A stretch of DNA of 64,000 nucleotides from a virus (taxonomy: Duplodnaviria > Caudoviricetes). The stretch's first letter is position 1. Each line of letters opens with the position of its first letter. The DNA is taken from the IMG/VR virus record IMGVR_UViG_3300032313_001158, positions 331 through 64,330 of that record. The stretch is one strand, 5' to 3'. Positions 36,498-45,418 of the stretch are shown here, piece after piece. The notes under the pieces were generated by a model that did no database searches, had not been told where the DNA came from, and saw only the letters and a list, made by a program, of their open reading frames with translations. The translations under genes and the position numbers were made by a program.

Positions 36498-38109
36498 TTT
36501 TATTTTTTAAAATTTCTTCAATTTGTTGTTCAACTTGTGCCTGTTCAGCATCGCTGAGATCTTCAATTTCGTATTCGCCGGCTTCGAGCTTTTGAATCAA
36601 ATGCTGTATATATGCTTGATTGTAGGTGTAACTGTCAGTGGTGTTTTTGTCTACTTCGATCCATTTGGTTCCGTTCCATTTAAACAAACGGTCGGGCAAA
36701 TAGTCTGTTCTAATAAACATGTCACCCTTCATTGGACTGTTTGGGAATTGATCACCAAACCCACATTGACTGGCAGCTTCCAGTTTATCGTTATCAGCGC
36801 GAATGGCCATGTCAGGATGTAGTGCATTAAATGCATCTAGGTTATAAACTTTACCTTTGTATCTGACAGCGTAATCGGCGCCTCGACGAATAGGTGTGTT
36901 GTATTCGTCGACGGGTTTTGTTTCTTCAACTGGTTCAACTTCTTTGGGAGCGTTGTCCTGGAACAATTTTACTAGTGCTTCGTGCGAAGCTTGTTCTTCG
37001 GCTTCTTCTTTGTGTTCATCAATCACACGCTGTGCCCACATTTCTTCGTTTTCAAGAACTGGAATATCCAGCTCTGGTGCTTGATATGTACCTGCATTAA
37101 TTGCTTGTGCTGTGGCCTGTGCGTTGGCAAAGAACTGCTCTACTTCAGGCTCTATTACCTCAACAACAGGCTCGGGCTTTTCTAATTTGTCTACCGCAGC
37201 ATTGGCTGCAACGGCACGTATCTGTTCTAGCTGTTCTTCAGTTAGTTCAGGATAAGGTTCATCATGAGGTGGCGACTCTACTAGTGGTTCCTCTGTCGCA
37301 GTGGCTACAGGAACCGGTTTTTCTTCCTCATCATGCACCCAACCTCCACGGCCTTGCCTTGCCCATTCCAACTGTTTGTTAGCGGCCAGGATCAGGCACA
37401 ATGCCAAGGGATCAAACACAATCACAATTAGAATAATAACCCAACGTACTGCTGCTTCAAGTAAATTTTGATCAGGATTGTCGCCGTATATCAAGGCAGC
37501 GATATACTTGATAGGACCAACTTCGGCTTCAACTTTTCTAAATTCAGCTGCCAGTGGAGCACGTTCTTCTTGTAATTTTTGTATTGCTTTTTGTGACCGG
37601 GTAATTTCTGCTTGTAATGCGCTACGTTCCTTGGCCTGTGCTCGACGAATATTAACGGCACGTTGAGCACCGGTGTCCGAATCAGTACGACCCATCATCT
37701 GGTCTACTTGTGCATTCATTTGCTCAAGTGCTCGTTTGGCCTGTGCAATATTATCTTTTTCTGTAGCAATCTTTTCGTCGTAAATGGCAACTTTACTCAT
37801 TGAATCGCCACTCACAATACTTTGATCAGCGTGTCCTTTTGACAGGAAACCAAAGATGCCCATACTGGTCAGCAGCATGAGAAACACAATGGCCGGAATC
37901 AGATAAGTTTTGTATGCCCAGCTGACTCGTTGCCAATTGTTGTGCAACCAAACAGTGGCCACAATCTTGCCAGCTTCAAGGGCACCGCCCATTATAATCA
38001 CAGGAATGACCGCTGCGGCAAAGATGGCAGCAAGTCCAGCAACACTGTACCAAGCAGCGATTGCAGAAATGGTGATCGCTATCACCAACATTAGGTATCC
38101 GAATATCAT
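36490..38109 (-). CDS. multi-TM membrane protein with a coiled coil and an acidic C-domain
   Basis: Three N-terminal TMs, coiled coil, further TM (VFDPLA), acidic tail; sigma70 promoter at 38139-38167 and TAAATA at 38116-38121. Confidence 0.75.
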   Translation of the reverse strand: MIFGYLMLVIAITISAIAAWYSVAGLAAIFAAAVIPVIIMGGALEAGKIVATVWLHNNWQRVSWAYKTYLIPAIVFLMLLTSMGIFGFLSKGHADQSIVSGDSMSKVAIYDEKIATEKDNIAQAKRALEQMNAQVDQMMGRTDSDTGAQRAVNIRRAQAKERSALQAEITRSQKAIQKLQEERAPLAAEFRKVEAEVGPIKYIAALIYGDNPDQNLLEAAVRWVIILIVIVFDPLALCLILAANKQLEWARQGRGGWVHDEEEKPVPVATATEEPLVESPPHDEPYPELTEEQLEQIRAVAANAAVDKLEKPEPVVEVIEPEVEQFFANAQATAQAINAGTYQAPELDIPVLENEEMWAQRVIDEHKEEAEEQASHEALVKLFQDNAPKEVEPVEETKPVDEYNTPIRRGADYAVRYKGKVYNLDAFNALHPDMAIRADNDKLEAASQCGFGDQFPNSPMKGDMFIRTDYLPDRLFKWNGTKWIEVDKNTTDSYTYNQAYIQHLIQKLEAGEYEIEDLSDAEQAQVEQQIEEILKNKNG

Positions 38110-38176
38110 AGAGTGTATTTATTTAGAATAGTCTTGCCAGTATAGCAGTTTATTGCTGGCGTGTCAAACTTTTTGG

Positions 38177-39883
38177 TTAGGTGATTTCTTGCCAGCCTAT
38201 TTGCGCTAGTACATCAGCGTTGTTTGATGTTGCTGCCATAGCTAAGGTAATTATATCACTAACTCCAGCTAATGTTCTGCCTATTTGAAAAGCAAAAGCA
38301 TCTGCACCTAACTCTGACAATTCTCTGCTACTAACATAGCCAGCTTGTAGTTCTATTCCACCTGATATAGCGGTTGCGGCCGTGTCATATTCAACAGTTC
38401 CTGATGAACTGGTTCCTGCCCAATTGGCATTGGTTAGGGTAGGGTTCAACACTAATTTCCAACGATAATAGTTTACAGTGGGACTTAACACATCTACTTG
38501 TCTGGGCAGTACTATGGCATCTAATCTTGTGCTCGCCAACCTAATGCTTACTACAGGATAATATGTTCCTGCCGTTCCCAATCTCAGTACTGAAGTACCA
38601 CGTCCTGCTGTTTCACTGTAGGTAAACGCATTATATCCACCTTCGCTGATAACTGTGGCACAGATTTGACGCATCATACTAGCTTCTGTGGTACCTGCTG
38701 TATTTGTTATTTCATAACGTACAGGTAATGTTGCGGTGGTCATGTATGTAGTAGTATTGCCTGCAACGTTGGCGTGATGAAATGTATGACACAGCACATA
38801 AGCACCATTGATCACAAAGCCGCAACGAACAGATCCTACTCCCAACCATTCTACATCTGTCCAAAATATCTGTGTTCTATCTACTTGTAAAGCAAGTAAT
38901 GGATTGTCCCAGGCATCTTGTCTTTTTCTTTCCTCAACTAAAGCACCACTACTATAACTTCTTATTACTAGATAGTTATAAGTTCCATCATTTTCAAAGT
39001 AGATACCGTTGTTGGTAGTAAAGTATCCCGCACGTTGACGTAGATTAGTTTTAGGTGTGTTCATGCAGAAAGTTGTTAGCACTAACAGACTCTTACCTGG
39101 TTGATAAGGAAATACTCTTTTTGTTTCTCTTATCACACTAGAACCGTTGGCGTCAGTTACATTCAATTCAAAGGTAGAACTATTAGCATCATATACTACT
39201 GTTCCGCCGGTGGTATTGACATTACTGAATTCATTATGATCGTAGTATCTTAATTTACTATCATATAATGTATATGGTTCACTTACCCTAAGCCTACCAA
39301 ACGCATCAGTAGATCCTGTACCTAGAGTAAATGTATTAGTGCCTGTTAGTGTGGCAGTTACATTGCCATCTATGGTGATACTTCCACCACCATCTGTGAT
39401 AGATACGTTACCAGTAACACCTGGCATCTGTTCTATTTTAACATTGCCACTAACTCCAACGTTGCCTGTTACACCAGGCATGTCGGTAATACGAATGTTG
39501 CTGGGAAAGTTTGTAACAAACACGCCCGGCATGTCAGTGATGCGAACATTGCCTATGCTGTTTGTTCCTGCATCTAAAGTTACATTACCAGCAATGGGTA
39601 ACCAAGGCACTTGCAAGTTGCCACTGGTGCCTACTTCGGTGGTGTGATTATGTATTGGATTATCAGGATCAGAAAAGACTTGAACAATACCAGGGATAAG
39701 AACATTGCCCGAAATTACAAAAGCATTTGGTCCAAGGTTAACACGCAGTTCGGGCTCACCGGTTAGGTAACGATATTGTAAAGCACGAGCTACATCAAGT
39801 AAATTGGTTTCTTGCGGGTGTTCGTAGTTGGTAGTGTTTAGTCTACGGTCGCCTCGACCCTGTGATGGCGGGGTATATCCCAT
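38177..39883 (-). CDS. probable virion structural protein
   Basis: Beta-repeats NVRITDMPGV/NIRITDMPGV/NVKIEQMPGV; DAFGRLRVSEP...WLGVGSVRCGF domain. Confidence 0.7.
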   Translation of the reverse strand: MGYTPPSQGRGDRRLNTTNYEHPQETNLLDVARALQYRYLTGEPELRVNLGPNAFVISGNVLIPGIVQVFSDPDNPIHNHTTEVGTSGNLQVPWLPIAGNVTLDAGTNSIGNVRITDMPGVFVTNFPSNIRITDMPGVTGNVGVSGNVKIEQMPGVTGNVSITDGGGSITIDGNVTATLTGTNTFTLGTGSTDAFGRLRVSEPYTLYDSKLRYYDHNEFSNVNTTGGTVVYDANSSTFELNVTDANGSSVIRETKRVFPYQPGKSLLVLTTFCMNTPKTNLRQRAGYFTTNNGIYFENDGTYNYLVIRSYSSGALVEERKRQDAWDNPLLALQVDRTQIFWTDVEWLGVGSVRCGFVINGAYVLCHTFHHANVAGNTTTYMTTATLPVRYEITNTAGTTEASMMRQICATVISEGGYNAFTYSETAGRGTSVLRLGTAGTYYPVVSIRLASTRLDAIVLPRQVDVLSPTVNYYRWKLVLNPTLTNANWAGTSSSGTVEYDTAATAISGGIELQAGYVSSRELSELGADAFAFQIGRTLAGVSDIITLAMAATSNNADVLAQIGWQEIT

Positions 39884-39885
39884 TC

Positions 39886-40179
39886 TTAGTCTAGATCAAG
39901 TATACTCATTTGACTTGCAGCGACGCTGGCAGTGGCAACTTTGTTCCCAGGTCTAAAATTAAAAATCATTTGTGTGTTACTGGGAATAACAAAACCATTG
40001 CTGGTGGTCACACCGGGTGCTGTGCCAAACTGCACACTTTGAGCCACATTGCCTGTGGTTATCAAAATTCTGCGTCCGGCGATCACTGAACTTACTGTTG
40101 CGGTAGTAGTTGTTTGTAATGTTTGAAATTTTACGGTGTCTACGCCGTCGATTGTTTGTATTGTGTAATATTGACTCAT
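39886..40179 (-). CDS. small beta-rich virion-like protein
   Basis: 97 aa, Thr/Val-rich, in a late operon. Confidence 0.65.
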   Translation of the reverse strand: MSQYYTIQTIDGVDTVKFQTLQTTTTATVSSVIAGRRILITTGNVAQSVQFGTAPGVTTSNGFVIPSNTQMIFNFRPGNKVATASVAASQMSILDLD

Positions 40180-40188
40180 TGGTTTTCC

Positions 40189-40494
40189 TTATTTGGTAGC
40201 TTGCCAGCTTGGGTACATGCTGGGTGCATTGGTTCTAATATCTGCGGGATTCTTACTGTGATGTACATCATCACCTGCTGGAAATGCTGCTCCAATAGGT
40301 GCTACAATTTCCACAGGAGCATTAGCATATTCAGGTTCTTCAAAATCAAGTAAACCGGCCAAACGCTGCATATCAGCTAGTTCCGCAGCAGGTTCAACTT
40401 CAAGTTCAACGGCTGCTACAACCGGTTCTTGCTCGGGCTCTTCTGCGCGGTCAATAACATCTAGTACGCCGCGAATAATATCTGTGATCTTCAT
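40189..40494 (-). CDS. acidic head/scaffold-like protein
   Basis: MKITDII N-terminus, MQRLAGL motif; TAAATA 5 nt upstream. Confidence 0.65.
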   Translation of the reverse strand: MKITDIIRGVLDVIDRAEEPEQEPVVAAVELEVEPAAELADMQRLAGLLDFEEPEYANAPVEIVAPIGAAFPAGDDVHHSKNPADIRTNAPSMYPSWQATK

Positions 40495-40508
40495 ATGAAT
40501 ATTTAGTC

Positions 40509-40533
40509 AAAAACAAGCCCGCACTAGGCGGGC
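40509..40533 (-). terminator. intrinsic terminator ending the early operon
   Basis: GCCCGC/GCGGGC stem plus TTGTTTTT. Confidence 0.7.
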
Positions 40534-40558
40534 CAAGTTCTTCTGCGGGATTTTTTGA

Positions 40559-40843
40559 TTACTGTATTACGTAGTTTTCTAGTTCAAAATAACTATTGCC
40601 ACGGGCCATGCTAGCTTCAATGGTTTCGTCCCAATCACCCGACTCTTGGTGAACAAAACGAATTTCTGCGGCATCTTCGATCACATCCACAAGTTGCAAC
40701 AATGCTTCGCTTAGATCCTCATTGGACATAGTGGAAATATGATCGCGCATGAAATCAATTACTGCTTCCATTTGTTGGATATCAAGATCTGCAATTGCAA
40801 TTTTGTCAGTGAGAATATTATCTACCAGTGTTTCGATATCCAT
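40559..40843 (-). CDS. acidic hypothetical protein
   Basis: 94-aa ORF. Confidence 0.65.
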   Translation of the reverse strand: MDIETLVDNILTDKIAIADLDIQQMEAVIDFMRDHISTMSNEDLSEALLQLVDVIEDAAEIRFVHQESGDWDETIEASMARGNSYFELENYVIQ

Positions 40844-41037
40844 TATAGTGTCCGAATACGGTTGATCACTTCGTTAGCTTCGGGAAAGCCAGCATATTCT
40901 TTTGCCAAAACTGCGGCGTCAATCATGGCCATTTGCATGGCATGCAATTCTTCAAGAGTTTCGTTAATGATCTGACGCTTGCGGCTTAGGCTGTACCTAA
41001 CAGGGCCATACGAATTGTCACTGTAATCTGGGTTCAT
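40843..41037 (-). CDS. hypothetical protein
   Basis: 64-aa ORF with AGGAG RBS. Confidence 0.65.
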   Translation of the reverse strand: MNPDYSDNSYGPVRYSLSRKRQIINETLEELHAMQMAMIDAAVLAKEYAGFPEANEVINRIRTL

Positions 41038-41046
41038 AAGATCTCC

Positions 41047-41253
41047 TTAATCTAGTGCTACACCGGGATCAATATCGCGGCCTTCAAAATGTGCTTGACT
41101 CACACAAACCTTTTCCAACCTGAATCGTTTGAGACCATCAATTCGTGCTGTTTGACATTGTTGCTTGTTTGCAAACGGTCCAATGGCTACTTTTTCTACG
41201 AACTTGCCACTGGTTGTATTGATCATAATAATTAGAATCCAACCGGCAGTCAT
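41047..41253 (-). CDS. small exported protein
   Basis: Hydrophobic N-terminus and Cys pair. Confidence 0.6.
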   Translation of the reverse strand: MTAGWILIIMINTTSGKFVEKVAIGPFANKQQCQTARIDGLKRFRLEKVCVSQAHFEGRDIDPGVALD

Positions 41254-41403
41254 TTAGGCCTCCTGATTACGATGTTTAGCATTACGCTTGAACTCGCGTT
41301 TTTTGTTTTCTACCGTACGGCTTTTAAACGGACTGCCTGCTTCAAACAGAACACGATGTGCTCTGGTCTTTTGTTGGTACGGTATTTTTACTATCTTTTT
41401 CAT
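41254..41403 (-). CDS. ArfA-like basic protein (49 aa, not in ORF track)
   Basis: MKKIVKIPYQQKTRAHRVLFEAGSPFKSRTVENKKREFKRNAKHRNQEA; fills the gap between two genes exactly. Confidence 0.6.
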   Translation of the reverse strand: MKKIVKIPYQQKTRAHRVLFEAGSPFKSRTVENKKREFKRNAKHRNQEA

Positions 41404-41405
41404 GA

Positions 41406-41792
41406 TTACATATTTACTGCTTGTCGATTAATAACAAAGCGATGCAAGGCTTCACACTCTCGGATGAAGTCACCGCTCACATCCATGCTCACATAGTTGC
41501 CGCCTTGCATACCGGCTTCGCTATAACCAATGTCAGCAAGTGCTTGAACACTAAATCCCATAGTTGCCATACAACTCAAGAACGAACTCATCCAGGCCTT
41601 GTCGGTATAAATCAAGCCGTTGTTGTCTGTATCCCATTCTTGAGGGTCAAAGTAGGCACGAAGTTCACCAAAATCACCCTCGTCATTGACATACGCAAGA
41701 CGAACACGATTAATGCTCACGAACTTCTCTGTTGCGCTCCAAAGACCGCTACCGTTGGTTCGAGTACGGAAATTTACAGTTTGATCAAACAT
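41406..41792 (-). CDS. hypothetical early protein
   Basis: Likely start MFDQTV; YSEAGMQG motif. Confidence 0.7.
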   Translation of the reverse strand: MFDQTVNFRTRTNGSGLWSATEKFVSINRVRLAYVNDEGDFGELRAYFDPQEWDTDNNGLIYTDKAWMSSFLSCMATMGFSVQALADIGYSEAGMQGGNYVSMDVSGDFIRECEALHRFVINRQAVNM

Positions 41793-41940
41793 TGGCAGTC
41801 TCCAATTCAAGAATTTGTGCCATGAGTTTACGACGCTGATCATCAATGAAACGATTAGTTTCTTCATCAAAGCAACCAGCCTGCTCGTCCAAATTGATCA
41901 GTTCGTTGTACAAGCAATCAAGTAAAGTTTGGTCAGACAT
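41785..41940 (-). CDS. small acidic protein (51 aa, not in ORF track)
   Basis: MSDQTLLDCLYNELINLDEQ...; GGAGG RBS. Confidence 0.55.
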   Translation of the reverse strand: MSDQTLLDCLYNELINLDEQAGCFDEETNRFIDDQRRKLMAQILELETANV

Positions 41941-42143
41941 TACACTGCCTCCAGGTCTTGGTAATTTGCAACAGCAGTATTGAACTGCTCCAGTGCTTCG
42001 TAGTATTCGGTCTCGTGGAACTTTAGACTCTTCTTGTAGATGCCTGTGCCAATCTCCAGTTCGTACTGGTAATCACCGTGACGCCAAAGTACCACACGCT
42101 CACCACGTCCGTTACGACCATCTGCAATAAATTGAATACTCAT
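41940..42143 (-). CDS. hypothetical early protein
   Basis: TAATG-coupled. Confidence 0.7.
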   Translation of the reverse strand: MSIQFIADGRNGRGERVVLWRHGDYQYELEIGTGIYKKSLKFHETEYYEALEQFNTAVANYQDLEAV

Positions 42144-42346
42144 TACGCTGCCTCTTTTAATTTAGCAACCAACTCTTCGGCACAATCACGTGCATTGGTA
42201 ATCGCATAGTCATCTGATATTTCATGAAACGATCGAACCCTGGTCCAACCTTGCTCATTGTATTCTACAAATTGCTGAACTATCAGCTCGTACCCTTCGG
42301 AAACAATTCGAACGTTTCCGTAGTCCTTGTACACACGAGCACTCAT
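42143..42346 (-). CDS. hypothetical early protein
   Basis: TAATG-coupled. Confidence 0.7.
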   Translation of the reverse strand: MSARVYKDYGNVRIVSEGYELIVQQFVEYNEQGWTRVRSFHEISDDYAITNARDCAEELVAKLKEAA

Positions 42347-42621
42347 TATGCAACCTCCCCAATTACACGACCATCGGAACTTACCAAAACCATTTCTTCT
42401 TCACGCTTGGCATCCATCATTTCACTCAGGATGAACTTGGCAATGTTCATCTGCTTGCGAGCAGCTTCTTTGCGATCCATTGCCAGCAATTCTTGTGCAT
42501 CTGACAACACACCCATTGCAACCATTTCCAGTCCGCTCAGTCGGGCGGTGATTGATTGCATGTACTGTTCACGGATATCTGCTTGGCTCATACCGTAGCA
42601 GTTTTTTTCGAATTCTGTCAT
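42346..42621 (-). CDS. hypothetical early protein
   Basis: First gene after the early cassette at 42654-42682. Confidence 0.75.
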   Translation of the reverse strand: MTEFEKNCYGMSQADIREQYMQSITARLSGLEMVAMGVLSDAQELLAMDRKEAARKQMNIAKFILSEMMDAKREEEMVLVSSDGRVIGEVA

Positions 42622-42653
42622 TTGTTACGCTCCTTATTAGTTACTGTACATAC

Positions 42654-42682
42654 ATTATAGCAAAATGGGTCTTTTTGGTCTA
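42654..42682 (-). promoter_or_regulatory. sigma70-type early promoter (TAGACC-N17-TATAAT)
   Basis: Cassette with leader AGTAACTAATAAGGAGCG, near-identical to the one at 985-1039. Confidence 0.8.
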
Positions 42683-42782
42683 CCAAAATAAATGTTGCTA
42701 AATTAACAATGATGATTGTCGTTGTCGTTGTGGGCCAAATAACCCCAAATAGCAACTATTGCAAAAACAATAACTATCCAAA

Positions 42783-43010
42783 TCATAACAATTTAACAAC
42801 TAGTCCCACAGTGTAGATTAGCAACAATGTTGCATTAATTGTAATAAGACTCCATTCGCGCCATCGTATTGCTACAATGAGCCATAAAAATGCACCTACA
42901 TTAAGTAGGGCAGGGCCTAGTGGGTAAAGATTAATACTGGTACAAATGGCTCCAACAATTGTTACTAAAGTTGCAAGCCATTTAAGATAAAATGTGGTGT
43001 CCTTTTTCAT
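42783..43010 (-). CDS. small three-TM membrane protein
   Basis: Three hydrophobic helices; promoter TTGACC-N17-TATACT at 43017-43045. Confidence 0.7.
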   Translation of the reverse strand: MKKDTTFYLKWLATLVTIVGAICTSINLYPLGPALLNVGAFLWLIVAIRWREWSLITINATLLLIYTVGLVVKLL

Positions 43011-43048
43011 GCTCTTAGTATAGCAAAAAGGATCTTTTGGGTCAACCG

Positions 43049-43276
43049 TTAATGAATTGTTAAGTCATTGTTAAATTGTGCTAGATCAATAACACCCAAG
43101 ATCTTCATTATTTTAGCAATATTTTTTGGTGGTTTGTCGGGAACGACCTCGGGGATAAACGCAAATTTTAAATTACCATCTGCGTCGAAGACAAATCCAT
43201 AATCTTCTTCCCCAATTTCGTCTTCGATACTGTACGCTAGTTCTTCTACTTCGATTTCGGCACGTTTTGTCATCAC
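43049..43276 (-). CDS. acidic hypothetical protein
   Basis: GGAGG RBS; TAAATA at 43295-43300. Confidence 0.7.
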   Translation of the reverse strand: MMTKRAEIEVEELAYSIEDEIGEEDYGFVFDADGNLKFAFIPEVVPDKPPKNIAKIMKILGVIDLAQFNNDLTIH

Positions 43277-43304
43277 TGCCTCCTGTTCTACGAGTATTTA
43301 TGGA

Positions 43305-43673
43305 TTATTTGAACAGGATCAATGCCATTAAAACTGCTTGCACAACAAAGCCAAGTCCAATAGTCACAATGTTAAGCAAGTCTCGAAGAATAACTGCACG
43401 ACCGAATAAAAACACCAGTCCCAACCACATAAACAGTACAACATCTACACTGGGTGTAGTATCTGTTAATCCAGTTAGTAGTGCAAGCAAAGTGGGAATG
43501 GTAGCAGCATGTAATGCAATAGCTGCCATCCAACCCATGGTCTCTGCAGAGATTTTACTAAAATGGGCGTGGAAGAATTCCACGGCTACATTTTTAATTT
43601 GATCAAAGTCAATTTTTTTTGGAAAATTCATTTTTGTAGATTTAAGTTTAGATGTTGAAGTTGAAATCGGCAT
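43305..43673 (-). CDS. three-TM membrane protein (SemiSWEET/PQ-loop-like topology)
   Basis: GWMA...ATIP helix plus two more TMs. Confidence 0.6.
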   Translation of the reverse strand: MPISTSTSKLKSTKMNFPKKIDFDQIKNVAVEFFHAHFSKISAETMGWMAAIALHAATIPTLLALLTGLTDTTPSVDVVLFMWLGLVFLFGRAVILRDLLNIVTIGLGFVVQAVLMALILFK

Positions 43674-43687
43674 TTGTATCGTCCTGC

Positions 43688-44242
43688 TTAACTACCATAA
43701 AAAATATGGCGTCCAATCTTGGCTATAGGTTTTTTACCCCACCCTGGTTGAACATAATCAGCATGATAATACATTGCATTCTTAATACTAGGTAAACGAA
43801 ATCCTTCTAGTAAAACTTTTTTAGCAACTTCTGCACTTTCGTTGTACAGGGGTTGATGTATTGGTCTTACTCGATGAGTACCTTCACAGTACCAACTGAA
43901 CTGACAAACTACTCGTGAGTAGATCACATTCTTCTGATAAACTACTGCACAGATGTCATTGGGGAACTGGTTACTGTTAGCGCGATTGAGTGTTACTTGA
44001 GCCACAGCGACTTTGCCTTCAAATGATTCGCTGGCAGCTTCCCAATAAATGTTCTGCGTGAGGCAACGTAGCTGGCGAGATCTTTCTTCTCCAGTTACCG
44101 GATGCACGGCAGCCATTTCGGCCTTCTCGGCCTTGAGTGATACAAATTTGTTTTTGGTGACCTCTACCAGGGTGTATGTGGCCAACCACATACCAAAAAC
44201 GATCGATACAAATTTTGCTAGGTTTGGCAAATATTGTTTCAT
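43688..44242 (-). CDS. cell-wall hydrolase, SleB/Hydrolase_2 family
   Basis: CLTQNIYWEA, VAQVTLNR, CQFSW, YYHADYVQPGW and IGRHIFY; N-terminal TM. Confidence 0.92.
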   Translation of the reverse strand: MKQYLPNLAKFVSIVFGMWLATYTLVEVTKNKFVSLKAEKAEMAAVHPVTGEERSRQLRCLTQNIYWEAASESFEGKVAVAQVTLNRANSNQFPNDICAVVYQKNVIYSRVVCQFSWYCEGTHRVRPIHQPLYNESAEVAKKVLLEGFRLPSIKNAMYYHADYVQPGWGKKPIAKIGRHIFYGS

Positions 44243-44384
44243 CTATTTTTCCTCCTTCTTTAAGGTTGTAGTTTTATATAACTATGATATTTTCGAGAAA
44301 ACAACTGCTATTACCCCATTCAGTGAGTATATTATAGCATTTTTTCTGGTTTTTTACAAGTAATACGAGTAGTTTATGAATGTA

Positions 44385-44672
44385 TTAGCCGGCAATCACA
44401 TCCGGAGAACCTTGTGCCACTGAAGTGCATCCTGACACTGCATCACCAACTCGACCGCAACCTTTACCATTTATGATTACGGTTGAACTACCGGCTGCAA
44501 TTGGTGCTGCATGTGATGGACAGGGGCTTCCTGGGAGTAGATGAGTAGTATTGTTGTCACCTTGTCTGCTCACTCCTAGACCATTTACAATAACATCCGC
44601 CGAACCTCCTGCCCGGACCATTCCGCTACAGTGAGCAACATCTGCATCTCCGATTCTAGTTACTGCGGGCAC
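44385..44672 (-). CDS. PAAR-motif spike tip protein (T4 gp5.4-like)
   Basis: MPAVTRIGD...HC...RQGD...GSSTVIING...RVGD. Confidence 0.9.
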   Translation of the reverse strand: MPAVTRIGDADVAHCSGMVRAGGSADVIVNGLGVSRQGDNNTTHLLPGSPCPSHAAPIAAGSSTVIINGKGCGRVGDAVSGCTSVAQGSPDVIAG

Positions 44673-44862
44673 GTTCTATCTCCATTAATTTTTGGAATTT
44701 ACCGTTCCAACTTTCAATTTCCTCATGTTGTTCTTCAGTATGAGGACCTGGTGGTATTTCTGGAATAAAGGCTATCACATGTTCGAAGTCCAATGGTATA
44801 CTATTGTAGTCGCTAAATTCTTCTACTCTACCATTACGAAAGACTCTAAACACATGTGGCAT
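44656..44862 (-). CDS. conserved PAAR-adjacent small protein
   Basis: PEIPPGPHTEEQH motif. Confidence 0.7.
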   Translation of the reverse strand: MPHVFRVFRNGRVEEFSDYNSIPLDFEHVIAFIPEIPPGPHTEEQHEEIESWNGKFQKLMEIERARSN

Positions 44863-45176
44863 TAGGTTATGATACTTCCTCTAGTGACAGGCTCGATACC
44901 AGTTGTAGTTTTGATATAATGTTTTTGCATTTGGTCTATACTAGGAGCATGCATAACGACATGTTCTTTTTGTAGCACAACACCAACATCAGCGTCGGCA
45001 GTGAATAAACTTTGAATAAGTCCCATCCCTTGCGGGCTAGGCATTACTGTGCATGGCTTTTCGATTTCAAATCCGTTAGGACCGGAGTCAACGATTCTTG
45101 CTACAATTTCGTCTCCGGTTATTAATTTGAAACTGACGATATCGCCTTTTTGATAACCTTTTGATACTAACATCAC
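44862..45176 (-). CDS. Sm-like-fold phage protein
   Basis: KLITGDEIVA motif of T4-like phage Sm-domain proteins. Confidence 0.6.
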   Translation of the reverse strand: MMLVSKGYQKGDIVSFKLITGDEIVARIVDSGPNGFEIEKPCTVMPSPQGMGLIQSLFTADADVGVVLQKEHVVMHAPSIDQMQKHYIKTTTGIEPVTRGSIIT

Positions 45177-45418
45177 GATCCTTTAAGTTTATTGAAAAAT
45201 TCTTGTGGTTGTTTATTTAAACCATCAAATCCACCTGGGATAATTTCGTATCCATGAAAAATTTGTGGCACACTTCTTAATCCTTTATCTACTAGCATCT
45301 GTCTTGATTCTGGATCTTTTTCTATATTAACTTCTGTGTACTCGACACCCTTGCTTTCTAGTAATGCCTTTGCTCTGTCACAGAACGGACAATTATTTTT
45401 TGAATACACTGTTAACAT
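45173..45418 (-). CDS. glutaredoxin
   Basis: CPFC active site, SVPQIF and GGF. Confidence 0.93.
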   Translation of the reverse strand: MLTVYSKNNCPFCDRAKALLESKGVEYTEVNIEKDPESRQMLVDKGLRSVPQIFHGYEIIPGGFDGLNKQPQEFFNKLKGS

